From the human T2T-CHM13v2.0 reference genome, Homo sapiens, in assembly GCF_009914755.1 (NCBI RefSeq), contig NC_060931.1: 64,000 bases of DNA; one strand, 5' to 3'. Each line of letters opens with the position of its first letter. The stretch's first letter is position 1. Under the pieces are notes generated by a model that had not been told where the DNA came from, made no database searches, and saw nothing but the letters and a program-made list of their open reading frames with translations. The position numbers and the translations under genes were made by a program. Positions 1-12,652 of this stretch are shown here, piece after piece.

Positions 1-262
1 AACTCAAATTGTTTAGTAATGATATCCTGATAACAGTTAATTATCTCCAAGGAAATTATTTTGAGTTCCCATAGGACACACATGCAGCTGGTTTTGTGTT
101 CACACACTGAGAACGCTGGCGTCAAGCAAACCATGGTAACAGAGACTTCATTGAAAGATGATGTTACATTGGGAGAAGCATTCTTTTTGCCTTAACCCCA
201 AGTGTTTAACTCATAAATCCTGAGCCTTCAGCTAGAATTCATCTTCCTGTTCTGGCCCTGTC

Positions 263-876
263 CTGGGCACTAGGATGCTGAGCTGTGTGTTCCTGTCTCT
301 TGAACCACAGGAGTCCTGGGCACGCACATGAAACCCACTAATGGGCTTGTTGGATCCCAGCTGTGACTTTCAGCACCAGGTGGCCCTTAGCTGTGACTTT
401 AATTTCTGTGTTCTTCACTGCTAAGTGAAGCCCCATAGACGCTGAATGACCAGACCTTGGTGATGCATTGTGCTGAAAGGAAACCAGCACAGGGGGAGGT
501 GAGCAGAATATGAAACAAAATCATGTATTTACAACCAGCGACAGGACTTACTGGCAGATCCTTTGTTCAAACACTATTAAGAATTTAAAAATCATGACAG
601 CAGAGTGATAAAGCAAGCGTGGGATCCTTCTGAATGCAGGGCTCTGTACACCGAAGATACAGTTTTTGAGCTCCTTTTCATTTATTACTAAATTAATGGC
701 AGGAATCCTGAACGAAGGGATATTCCCTATGAGACATGACACCTCAAATAAAACGAGAGCATTTTTCCTTATCTTGAAGTCTGCTCCCTCTCGCCAAGTC
801 CCTCACTCATCAGGACACCTTTGTGCTCACAAGTCTTCAGCAGCGCTGGGTGGCCACCATTGTCCACACAGAGAGG
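263..876 (+). pseudogene. Unnamed, highly decayed TRBV relic (R0), TRBV6/10/24/28-like clan
   Basis: Leader-like 263-310 (CTG GGC ACT AGG ATG CTG AGC TGT GTG, i.e. xGTRMLSCV) followed by gagtcctgggcac with the GT lost. V-like pieces: ccc ata gac gct gaa (431), gagcagaatatgaaac (EQNMK, ~501), gaaggggatattccct-like gaagggatattccct (714), FFLILKSAPSRQ...HLCA (~761-827). RSS remnant cagcagcg(838-845)-22-acagagagg(868-876). Decamer remnant gatgatgtta at 157-166. Confidence 0.7.
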
Positions 877-1541
877 GCAGTCAGCAGCATGAGGTGGTTC
901 TGCCTGCTGTGGTCTCACCCCAGGAACAGAAAGCAAGACTCCTGGATGGAGCTGAAGGTGCTCAGCTGGACTTGTCAGGAGTCCCATCTGTCAGTGAATT
1001 GACAAGAAACAGAGCAAAACGTCTCCTGCAATGTTGATGAGCCTGCCCCTGGGATTTGGAAACCTGATAACAGAGAAAACCAATATAGACACAGGACTTT
1101 AACAGGATTATGGTCAATTAAGCAAATTGGAAAAGGATACTTGAAGGAGTATTTGGGACACAGGAATCAAAAACACCAGGGAGACAAGAGGATTTTTCCT
1201 AAGATTCTAGACTACAGCAATACATAGATAACTAACACCAGAATATTAATGAGGAATTATATCATTGCAGGAATAAAATTTATATTGAATTACAAACTGT
1301 TTGCACAAAAGTCAAGAAAAACTTGAAAGCCTTATATCAAGAAGCATTCTTCCCATCCAAACTTCAGTGGTGCATTTATTTTGGATTTGACCCTCTGGGG
1401 AAGGGCCATGGCCTCTCTCGACAAGAAGGTTCTGGGGACCAGGCAGAGAGAATGAGGTCTCAGGATGACTTCCTTGACAGCCCTGTTCCCCTTTCATCAA
1501 CACACAGACCCAGAAGACCTCTCTGTCTTGTAGCATCTGCC

Positions 1542-2331
<790 letters not shown>

Positions 2332-2799
2332 TAGACTCCTGTTTCTCTCTGGGGGCCACGTTGCTTCCTCTCTCCAGGGTTTCCTCCAGTACCCACTCTC
2401 ATGTGGTCTCACCTGTGGCCCGCCTTTCCCATCTGAGCAGTCACCCCCGAAGGCCTTGCTGGGCCTCTGCACACCACCTCCCCTCGCCTTTCTACTGCAG
2501 CCATGAGGCTGCCTCTTCTGTGCCTCCTTCCTTTCCAACACAGAGACCTCAAAGGCCATTTCCTCCACCCTGGGCTAGTGCCTTCCTTTCTGCAGTGGTC
2601 AGCTTCTACCTGCACTTCTGATCTCAGCATGATCAGCCTCTCCTGCTGGAAGCACTCCCTCAACTCTCAGCTGAGGTCAAATTTCAGTTTCCCTCTCATA
2701 AGCTCACAGAATCATGTGCCTCTTAGTAAAGTTCAGCACCATTGCAATTTTTCCAACACTTGTTTTATTCCTTTTGTGCTCCACTTAATTTTAAACTCA

Positions 2800-2930
2800 T
2801 GAAGCTGAAGGCTGAGCTTGTTACATTTACCACCAGCAGTGCCTGGCAGGCAGGGAGTCCTCATTCATTTCACAGAGAATGGATGGGTGAGTGACAGGTG
2901 AGTGAGTGATGAGTGGGTGAATGAACCAGT
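2800..2930 (+). mobile_element. L2-like 3' end remnant
   Basis: cagtgcctggca... followed by a (tgag/tgaa)n-like tail typical of L2 3' ends; short and diverged. Confidence 0.4.
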
Positions 2931-3479
2931 AACAGGAACACACTAGATTCATTGTACCCTGGCAGAGGTCTAGAGTTAACTTTGCCTGAGATGCTCTGTT
3001 ATGAGCTCATCAAGGAGCACTCACTTGTTGAACAAGCATAGGACCATGCATGGTGCAAGCCAGTTTGTCAGTCTGGGAATTTCCAATTTAAAATATGATG
3101 TGTTCTTCAAGCTGAATGAGGGTAAACTCTCTGTATATAATTATAATATCTAAGCTATTTCTTAAAGTTTTGGGTTAGGATCAAAAAAACCCCTGAAGAG
3201 GGCACATTTGTAGATTTAGGATTTTTAAAATATATTTATATTATTTTCCCTTGGAAGAACAGGATGGGAATGGCCTTATAGTTGCTAATTTGTGGAGAAG
3301 GCATCATATAAAAGTAAGAGAAAATCAGAATTGTGTTCTAGAGGGTAAATTGTGGCTGTCCTGAGAGCATGTTCCCCAGGAACCTAAACCATGAGCATGT
3401 TCAGGAACCCAGAGTGCAACAGACAATTCTTGGCCCCATGAATTTGGTGGTAAGACTGGAGACAGTTGGAAAAACCATG

Positions 3480-4460
3480 GAGTCTTGAAGTTCTTCACTC
3501 TCAATGCAGGCCTCTCTTGAACACCACAGACTAATGTCAGATAAATATGCTTCCACTATTAAGACTATTAAAACAAGAACCAATGAAGAGAAGTGAGCAG
3601 AAACAATAAGCAATTGAAGTGTTTGAAGACAAGAAATTTTTACCATTAAAAGGTATGAAAGTTTGTAGAACTATATTTAAAGGAAATTGAAATGTGAACA
3701 AGAAAAAAAGACTGACAGAAACCATCAAGATAACATTAAAAAAAAATCAAATTCAATACAGAAATGATTAAGATTATCACTGAAAACAAAATGGAAATGA
3801 AGAAAGATGAAATGCTTCTAAGAGATTATTAGTGATGTCAAGGACAGAGCTGAAGAAGTTACATAGAATGCAGCACCGAAAATTAAATATGTAACTTTAG
3901 AAAGAGCTTAAGGGTGGTTTCCAGCATAGTAGAATATATAATTTTTAATTATATATATTTATTTATATAAAGTTATTTATATTTATATATTTAATTATAT
4001 ATTTATTATATAAAAATATATAATATAATAATATATAATATATAATATATATTATATAATATAGAATATATATTATATAATATAGAATATATAAATATAT
4101 TCTATAGAATATATTATATACAATATATAAATATATATATTTCCCATTTTTCTTATAGATAATTGAAGTTTCAGGAAAAGAAAGTAGAGGGAATAAGTGA
4201 TTGTGATGAGACATTAGCTGAGAATTTTCCAGAGGTGGTTCAGGACCTAAATTCTCAATTTCAAGAATTCAAATGAATATGAAATAAGATAAATGTTTAT
4301 ATTATAATGAGATTGTGGAACATAAGTGACAAATAGATGATTCTAAAAGCTGTCAAAAAGAAAAGATAAATCTCTCCTAGTGGAATAGACTGAAAAAATC
4401 AATGAAAGAAAGAGGATCAGAAATAACCATTTAGTAGGAATTATAATCCCCATTCATTAA
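3480..4460 (+). mobile_element. Ancient L1M (ORF1-region) fragment interrupted by an AT-rich tract
   Basis: A-rich sequence with gctgagaattttccagag...caagaattcaaatgaa resembling the L1 ORF1 'AENFP...QE' region; paralogous to 16700-17510. Confidence 0.55.
3935..4141. repeat. (TA)n-rich low-complexity tract
   Basis: About 200 bp of almost pure A/T, irregular tata/taata units. Confidence 0.9.
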
Positions 4461-4980
4461 ACACTGAGATGGAGGAAAATATATTTACAAGTGGAAAAAT
4501 TAAAAAAAAAGACTATGAGTTTTCCAATAAGGTATCTTTTCTGAATTATAGTCAACAAAGGTGGGAAGTGGTCCCAGAAGAAAGGCATGAGGTGCAGCTT
4601 GTGAGGGAACCCATGTGTTGGGACAGCCCCGTTGGGCACGTGTGACTGGGGGATGGAGGAGGCTGGGGCATCAATGGGGATGGCATAGGGGACCCTGACT
4701 TGCAGGAAAGACAATGAGCTCATCCCTTGGTGCCTTGTGTTGGGGGCGCTGTTGGCACATCCTAGAGAACATGCCCAGCAGACAGAGGAGCGCCTGTGTG
4801 GTGAGGAGATAAACTCAGAAATGCAGCATGAGGCCTGTAGCTCCAGACAGCTCTAGAGCACAAAGTGAAGACCGATGCATTGATGTTGTTTAAAGGGAGC
4901 TAATAAATATCTAAAGCAGTCATCCAAGTGTGTTCTAATATAAATCCTGTGTTCCTGAGGTTGTGGGGATTGAGAGAGGA

Positions 4981-4990
4981 AGTGATGTCA
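4981..4990 (+). promoter_or_regulatory. Vbeta promoter decamer (CRE-like) of TRBV7-3
   Basis: Exact AGTGATGTCA, 113 bp upstream of the ATG. Confidence 0.85.
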
Positions 4991-5093
4991 CTGTGGGTAC
5001 TGTTCTGTGTCAGGACAAGGACGTCCCTCCTCCTCTGCTCCTGCTCACAGTGACCCTGATCTGGTAAAGCTCCCATCCTGCCCTGACTCTGTC

Positions 5094-5556
5094 ATGGGCA
5101 CCAGGCTCCTCTGCTGGGCAGCCCTGTGCCTCCTGGGGGCAGGTGAGTCCTCAGACACCAACCAGTCTCATTCTGTGTGTCTGTATGTGTGTGTGTGTGT
5201 GTGTGTGTGATGAGTACAACTGTTTTCCTCATCCTGTTCTCAACTTGTGTCTCCGCAGATCACACAGGTGCTGGAGTCTCCCAGACCCCCAGTAACAAGG
5301 TCACAGAGAAGGGAAAAGATGTAGAGCTCAGGTGTGATCCAATTTCAGGTCATACTGCCCTTTACTGGTACCGACAAAGCCTGGGGCAGGGCCCAGAGTT
5401 TCTAATTTACTTCCAAGGCACGGGTGCGGCAGATGACTCAGGGCTGCCCAAAGATCGGTTCTTTGCAGTCAGGCCTGAGGGATCCGTCTCTACTCTGAAG
5501 ATCCAGCGCACAGAGCAGGGGGACTCAGCCGCGTATCTCCGTGCCAGCAGCTTAAC
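5094..5556 (+). CDS. TRBV7-3: T cell receptor beta variable 7-3 (leader 5094-5142, V exon 5259-5556); non-functional ORF-type allele with Cys104->Arg (*03-like)
   Basis: [16 protein letters not shown] leader, GT 5143, AG 5257-5258. V exon [38 protein letters not shown]...[12 protein letters not shown]; the 2nd-CYS codon is CGT (5540-5542). Confidence 0.95.
5174..5209. repeat. (TG)n microsatellite in TRBV7-3 intron
   Basis: Interrupted TG run; perfect (TG)12 at 5186-5209. Confidence 0.95.
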
Positions 5557-5595
5557 CACAGCATGACACAATCGCCTCCTTCCTGCTCATAAACC
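5557..5595 (+). other. 23-RSS of TRBV7-3
   Basis: cacagca + 23 nt + tcataaacc. Confidence 0.9.
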
Positions 5596-6344
5596 TCCTC
5601 CTCTCTCTCCTTGCTTCCTTATGATACTATTTTGCACCAGGGGATCCTCATCTCACACCACTCCACTGCCTCTTCCAGAATCATTGCTTGCATGTCCGCT
5701 GCTCAGATCAGCAGATGTGCGTTGTATATGTTAATCATTTTCTGTGGAAGGCTCGTTGCTGGTCTTCATTATCCATCCTTATTTTCCACATTGGATACTG
5801 CTCCCTTCAAGATTACTTGTTGCCTACAAAAGATCCTACTTTTTACATTCAAATTTTACTTTTTATTAATACGTATTTGATGCCATCTTGAAGGCAATCT
5901 CATTATCATCCTAATCTTTTGCTAATCTTTATGTTTATGGTAACATTGATTGTTATTTTGGGGGACATGTATTTCATCTTTGGTAATGAAATGAAATAAC
6001 TATGCACTTCAATTCCTGTATGTTCTGCCTACTTAAGAGTAAATCCAATTTTCTTCCATTCCTCCCATTCTATCCCACTCCCTTTATATGATAGTTTTAA
6101 GGGAGAAAATATTAATTAGACTCTAACTGCAGCTATGTGATAAGAGTTATTTAGAATGAGGGTGGGATATTAAGCTTTGAGTAAAGCAATAGTCAGGGTT
6201 AGAACTAGTGTTGGAATCAGGGTTTAGGGAAGTTGCTCATAAAACCTGCAGGATGACACTTCTAGAATAGTCTCTCACTCACTCTGCAGACACTTCCCAG
6301 CATCCCTTGGGCCATTGCAAAAGCAATGATGAAACTTCACGTAT

Positions 6345-6363
6345 TGGCCACAAGATGGCACTG
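6345..6363 (+). promoter_or_regulatory. CTCF-like motif upstream of TRBV8-2
   Basis: TGGCCACAAGATGGCACTG closely matches the CTCF core (TGGCCACCAGGGGGCGCTA). Confidence 0.65.
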
Positions 6364-6901
6364 TGGTCCACTGGGATCTAAGGGACTCTGGGGAGAGCCT
6401 GGGAGAGCAGCCTAGGAAGGGAAGGGTTAAGAAAAATTAGGGCTGGAATCCAATATTATGCAGATGTTGCAGCAGTTTTCAGTCATTGCTAGGCTACCTA
6501 CAGCTATGCAAGATGCAGGAAATACCTCTAATCTTTAATGAGATCCACAGTTGAAGAATTTTGGCCTGGCAGCCTTGGTGTCAAGCGCAGGTGCAAGCAG
6601 AGGAGCAACTGCCTCAAAGGAACGTGGGAAAGCTAGGGGCGGGCTGTGCCCTAAGCTCAGTATGTCTCTGCTGCACCCCATCTTCCCTGCAGACCTCGCC
6701 GGGCAACAGCCTTCATGAGAGGAGGTGGATCCTGCCTGAGACCAGTCAGAAGGCCCTGGACCAGCTGGACTCCGTAGGCATGGGGGGTGACACCACAGGC
6801 CCACCAGACTATTCCCTAGGGAGCAGCCTCCGAGCCCCAGCTCACAGTCCTGAGGATCACTGCACTTAGTTGGGCCAGCCCCTCCTCACTCTGACCCTAC
6901 C

Positions 6902-7362
6902 ATGAACCCCAAACTCTTCTGTGTGACCCTTTGTCTCCTGGGAGCAGATAAGTTCTGGAAACAGCTGCAAAACCCTGTCATGGGTTTGCAATGTCTGGGC
7001 TACAAGCCTTTTTTGTCCTTTCTTCTGCAGAGTCCCCCTATTTCTTAAGTCTTGTCTTCACTTTCTGTCTGCCTCTCCAGCAGGCTCTATTGATGCTGGG
7101 ATCACCCAGATGCCAAGATATCACATTGTACAGAAGAAAGAGATGATCCTGGAATGTGCTCAGGTTAGGAACAGTGTTCTGATATCGACAAGACCCAAGA
7201 CGGGGGCTGAAGCTTATCCACTATTCAGGCAGTGGTCACAGCAGGACCAAAGTTGATGTCACAGAGGGGTACTGTGTCTCTTGAAACAAGCTTGAGCATT
7301 TCCCCAATCCTGGCATCCACCAGCACCAGCCAGACCTATCTGTACCACTGTGGCAGCACATC
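6902..7362 (+). pseudogene. TRBV8-2: T cell receptor beta variable 8-2 pseudogene (leader 6902-6947, V exon ~7084-7362)
   Basis: MNPKLFCVTLCLLGA leader with AT instead of GT donor (6948). V starts DAGITQMPRYHIVQKKEMILECAQ, then frameshifts and stops (Trp41 position is TGA). Lies between 7-3 and 5-3. Confidence 0.9.
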
Positions 7363-7401
7363 CGCAGCCCTGCACAGCCAGCTGCCCTCTGCACAAAAAG
7401 G
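7363..7401 (+). other. Defective 23-RSS of TRBV8-2
   Basis: cgcagcc (CAC lost) + 23 nt + acaaaaagg. Confidence 0.8.
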
Positions 7402-8789
7402 GCAGTCACAGGCTGGAGGTGGGCACTCCTTATGGAAGCCCGTGTCTCAACCAGAAGAAAAAGCTGCCCTTTCTGAAGCTCTTCCCAGACTTCCCAGCAA
7501 TGGGATCTCATTCTATGTGTGCTCCTGCAGCATAAAACTTAGAGTGAGCTGGGTCTGTCACTGTAGTGCGGATGTGTAAATGCAAACAACGTAATGTTAT
7601 TTTGCTCAATTTGGAATATTCTGGTAATTGTGCAAAGGAATGGTAGCTTCTAACAAGAAATTCATATTTCACTTTCTTTTCAGGAGAGAAGAAAAAAGCA
7701 GAAAGCAGCTGGGAAGCTTTAGCCTGCTTGAGTGATCTGGGATTCTCAGGTAGCATACATAACATCACCTTGGCTTTGGTTCCTTTAGATACCAAGCATG
7801 TGTTCTGTGGAGGACAAGAAAATCCATTTTTTTTGTTATAAAGTTATAAACACACAAGAGAACAATCCAGTTAGGGAGAATGTTAATAAATACAACAAAC
7901 TCTGCCATTAGACCTGAAGATAATCAGCTAGTAGAATTATCAAAGAGATTGTAAGACTCTTACTGAGTACCTGTTTGAGGTCCTCTGAGGATAGATGAAG
8001 GAAGGAACTTAATTCTTACCATCACTGTGGCTTGGATTAGAATCCATGAGTTCCTTAACTTGTTTTTCTTGTAAAATATTATAAAATAATATAGAACACA
8101 CATTTTATTTTCCTGTAGCCTGTAGTCCTCTTTAGCACCTAAAGGGAGAAGCGCATATCCCGGTGCAAAAGGGAGCTGGTTGCTTGCTTGGCAAAAAAAT
8201 GAATTCACCAATTGGCCAATCTGCTGAAAGTCAAAATGAAAGGCTAATATATGAGACTGATGACAGTTCATGGTTCTTGGTATAACTTCAACAGCGAGTG
8301 AGCATTTTTTTCTTTGTCTATAGCTTTCTTTCAGCCATCGATCCTCAGTTGTGTCTTAGCCTCTTATCAGTCCAGCTCACTTTGATACTAAATTTGATTG
8401 TTGTGTATCTCAGCAAGAAGCACGTCTCACATTCTCTGTATTTTTTGTGGTCATGAGTGTGTTCCTGTCTTATTCTTATTTTATGTGGTGCATTTCTAAA
8501 TAGGACTGTACAGAATACAAGCATCTATTTGTATATGACTCTCATCTTTTATGGGGAGAGGTCAGAGTAGGTGAGCGTGCACTTTGATTCTCTGCTGGAA
8601 TCTCTTTGGATTCTATGTCCCCTGTCACATGGTTTATTTTCATATGCATATTTCTCATGGTTCTCCTGACTCTTTTAGCAATGCTCATTGCAGGATATTA
8701 GAAATTGTATTACTTCTAATGGCAGAATGTTAGAAATTGTGTTGACTCTTAAGGCAAAATAAAATACCTGGACTCACCTTTCCATTGCT

Positions 8790-9240
8790 GTGTCTATTAG
8801 TCGTGGTCCTGGAGATATCAAGGAGGGACAAAAGGAGTATTTGCAAAGGTGTGGCAGGGTTAAGGGAACCCAGTAAGAGAAGTAGAAGTAGCCTAAGAAC
8901 AGCAGAATCTGTGGCTCTTATTCACATTGGCCTGAAATAAGTAGGAGAGGATGTGGATCCCAAAGCATCAGGTACTGTAGCTCTAAGGCAAGGCTGCCTA
9001 TAAGGTGCTGTGGACTTTGGTAGGGAAAAGTAACCTATATAAAATAATGAAGCAAGAGGATAGCCAGGGCATAGATGAATCAGAACAAGTGGTGCCCCTA
9101 CCTCCCTCTACTCTCCTGCCATTGTCTCCCATTAGCCAAACTCACTCTGGAGTTAGAGAAGAAGAGAGCCAGTTAACATAATACACTGAGGTCAGCCTCT
9201 GAAGGCAGGGTGGATCTGGAGAAATTAACGTAAATTATCC
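8790..9240 (-). mobile_element. ERVL-type LTR remnant (LTR33-like)
   Basis: ttagtcgtggtcc...tttgcaaaggtgtggcagggttaagggaacc resembles LTR33-family ends; diverged. Confidence 0.4.
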
Positions 9241-9800
9241 AGATCACTACGCATAAGATGGCCTTGAGGGTGCTGAATCCCAAACTGTCTGGCTAGGTCT
9301 GTGCTGTGAGCTGATAAAGCCCTAGTATTATTTCTGGGGAATCTGTACTCTTAATAATTTACAGACAACCAAGGTCTGCTTTGGATCTGATCAGATAGAC
9401 TAAATCTTGGGGACTTTGCACCACTGGCCACTCAAGGGAGGGGCTGGAAATATTTTCTGAGGACAAAAAAATAGAATTAGAAAATTTGGTTGAATCTAGC
9501 GTCAGAGAGATGACATTAGGACAGCCAGGGAGAGCTGGAACAAGAAGGTTTAATCACAGGCTCCTCACCCTCTGCTGATGGGCAGGTGTGTGAGCTCCAG
9601 CATGGAGCACGACAGCACTAGGTGGGAGGAGGGTGAGAGGGTGATGGGGCAGCCTGGGAGCTGGAGCAGTGTAGGCAGAGGAGCAACTGTCTCATCACAG
9701 AAGCTTCTGCCCTCACCCAACCCTTCTGCTGGACAGGGAGGGAGTTCAGGTTGTGGGGAGTACTGGACCTCAGGAAGCATTTATAGGGAGGACACAGGAC

Positions 9801-9810
9801 AGTGACATCA
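9801..9810 (+). promoter_or_regulatory. Vbeta promoter decamer of TRBV5-3
   Basis: AGTGACATCA, 116 bp upstream of the ATG. Confidence 0.8.
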
Positions 9811-9916
9811 CAGGATACCCCACCCATCAGGAAAATCAAGGCCCAGAACTCACTTGGCCCTTCCCCAGGAGGACCAAGCCCTGAATCAGATGCAGTGCTG
9901 CCTGCCCCACTGTGCC

Positions 9917-10383
9917 ATGGGCCCCGGGCTCCTCTGCTGGGAACTGCTTTATCTCCTGGGAGCAGATGAGTCCTGTGCACAGAACAGCAGCCCCATTCTC
10001 AGATTTCCCACCCCTGTGTCCTCCACTTTACACTGGGGAGGACCTCCAGGCTGTCTGCTGTGCTCATCCTCCATCTGCTTTTCCCACAGGCCCAGTGGAG
10101 GCTGGAGTCACCCAAAGTCCCACACACCTGATCAAAACGAGAGGACAGCAAGTGACTCTGAGATGCTCTCCTATCTCTGGGCACAGCAGTGTGTCCTGGT
10201 ACCAACAGGCCCCGGGTCAGGGGCCCCAGTTTATCTTTGAATATGCTAATGAGTTAAGGAGATCAGAAGGAAACTTCCCTAATCGATTCTCAGGGCGCCA
10301 GTTCCATGACTATTGCTCTGAGATGAATGTGAGTGCCTTGGAGCTGGGGGACTCGGCCCTGTATCTCTGTGCCAGAAGCTTGG
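9917..10383 (+). CDS. TRBV5-3: T cell receptor beta variable 5-3, ORF/non-functional (leader 9917-9965, V exon 10090-10383); *02-like
   Basis: MGPGLLCWELLYLLGA leader followed by a non-canonical ATGAGT donor (9966). Open V exon EAGVTQSPTHLIKTRGQQVTLRCSPISGHSSVSWY...HDYCSEMNVSALELGDSALYLCARSL. Confidence 0.93.
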
Positions 10384-10422
10384 CACAGCCCTGCAGAGTC
10401 ACTGGAACTCTGTGCACTAATC
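10384..10422 (+). other. 23-RSS of TRBV5-3
   Basis: cacagcc + 23 nt + gcactaatc. Confidence 0.85.
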
Positions 10423-12068
10423 TCTCTGCTTCCGTGTACAGCAGTCTCAGACCAGACAGCTGTGAGTACCTGGGGCCTTCAGGGGGAAAGATAAACAATT
10501 TCAGGACTCTGAACAAGGCTGGCGGAAACAAGGCCAGGAGGATATGCTCAGAGGATGGTGCTGCTTCAGGAGGTTCACGGCAAAATTACTTTCTTTGTCG
10601 GATGCTGTACACTATAGTGATAGAGTAGCTGGCACTCTCCTTTTTAGAAAAAGAAATTCATTTTGGTGTCAGGATTGTTCGACAGATGTGTAGTATAGAA
10701 GGTAAAATCTCAAGGGTTTGCTTTATATAATTAAGGGAGAAGAAATTGAGATTTGGTTTGGAGAAACTTGAGGAGAGAGAACATGATTAAAGATTATTAA
10801 ATAAATAGAAGTAGAGCTACCAGATGATAAAAAATTGTGTTCTCTGCAACATAACCTGTCAAAGTTTTCAATTGCTAGAAAATACGCAGCAAGGCCTTGT
10901 AGCAACTGGCATCACCCCGAGGCCACTCTATGATGGTCATCACCACGTAGCCAGTTGCCCTGTGGGAGGGCCCTGGAGCTGGTTCCAATGTCTTCCTTCT
11001 GGACTTATATCTCAATTCTCAAAACAGAGGAATTCATTTCACTGCTGATGGTAAACAGATAAAGGCTCTCCCATTTCCCCAAAGATACATTCTGCTTCCC
11101 TTGTATCTCTTTCTGACACTTACCGCCCAGATCCATTACCTTCTGTGATCAAACACCTCTTTGAATATTTCCTAAAACTCTGCAGCCTTTACATTCTCTG
11201 CATTTGTGCTCAGTATTTCCATGGCCTGGAAGGACCTTCTGTCTCCCAAGAAACAGCCAGACCCTGCTTATCGGTCAAGGATGGGCTCACACCTGCTTCC
11301 TCTTTGCTTCTTACCATGACATTCCCCAGCATTGTACTATACCACCATCTTTATTATTTTCATAGGAAAAGCCAAGTATTAATTAAATATATAATGAATA
11401 TTATTTGATGTTGTGAAATCTATGTTAATTCCTGCTTATATAGAGTTCTGGAATATTATTACTTTTATTCATGTGAGGGATATTATTAACCACTAACTAT
11501 TTCCTGGTTAGAGATCAAAGTCACTTCTGTGTAATGATAGCAAATGTGAGAACCAGCTGAATCTGTTTGAATTACAGCTGGCAGTATTATTCATTTCAAA
11601 ATTTTTATAATTTAGAAGTAAATTTTTAAAATCTAGAAATCCTTTTGTGAAATGCACTGTCTAAAATTTAGTAATAATGAACCTAAATACAAAATATGAA
11701 AACATATGGGTGTAATTAACTGGGATTAGCTGTGGAATATAGGGTTTCCAGGCTGGGTTTCCTTGATAGCATCACACTGTTTAATTGTATGGCCTTTATA
11801 ATTCTGGCTGGTCTCTACCATCTTAACATATTATTTGCAATTATGTAACAATTGTTTATTTTGTAATCAAAATGTTGGTTCATGTGTCCTTTGACTCCAT
11901 TGGCTAAGGGTAGATTTGAAAATCAACCCTAAATTGACTCTTCTGGGAAAGCATGGACGGGGTGTGTAAGAGGGTGGGGGTGGCAGGAGTGGGGGCATCT
12001 CTCTTTCTGATTTGGACAATTTGAGCATATCACGTCAGAGGGTATGAATCCATGAGACTGTAGACTGT

Positions 12069-12087
12069 TGGCCACTTGGAGGCGCTG
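12069..12087 (+). promoter_or_regulatory. CTCF-like motif upstream of TRBV9
   Basis: TGGCCACTTGGAGGCGCTG. Confidence 0.65.
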
Positions 12088-12552
12088 TGGCTCCACAGTG
12101 CTGCAGAGAACTCAGCGGAGGGGTGGGAGAGTGGCCAAGAGAGGAGGACTGAAGGGGATGCCCTGGCTGCCTGCTGGCATCAGTAGGGTGGATGGAATTC
12201 CCTGAGTGGGGCCTGGCCATGTAGAGTTAAGCACAGACTATCATTGCCTTGAAAGAGTTGGGGTGCCAGAGGCCTCAGTTTGCATCAAGGAGGGAGTGTC
12301 TCTGCTGCTGCACGGGCAGTGGAGGGTGAAGGGGCTGGGGTGGCAAGGGCTGGGGAATCAGTGTCAGGGCAGGGACAGGGCGGGCAGAGGAAAGTAAGGT
12401 GTGATGTGGGTATGTTGGTACTGTGTTCAGTCCTCCTCACCTTTAGCTTCTGGCCTGTGCAAGACAGGAATAGTACATGGAGTAGCAGAACCTGAGGCCT
12501 GCCAAAGAGTACAGTGGGCTGGAGTGGCCTGCAGGGGAAAGTATGTCAGTGT

Positions 12553-12562
12553 GGTGACATCA
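12553..12562 (+). promoter_or_regulatory. Vbeta promoter decamer of TRBV9
   Basis: GGTGACATCA, 100 bp upstream of the ATG. Confidence 0.75.
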
Positions 12563-12652
12563 CAGGTCAATGCTCCTATCAGGAAGAAGGGAGCTTAGGA
12601 ACTTCAGAATGCTTACTACAGAGACACCAGCCCCAAGCTAGGAGATCCTGCC

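Noticed and set aside
3963-4214. Tyr/Ile-rich minus-strand ORF
   Set aside because: Translation of the (TA)n low-complexity tract.
4733-4751. Additional CTCF-like half matches (4733, 9424, 28119)
   Set aside because: Only part of the core matches; not supportable without PWM scoring.
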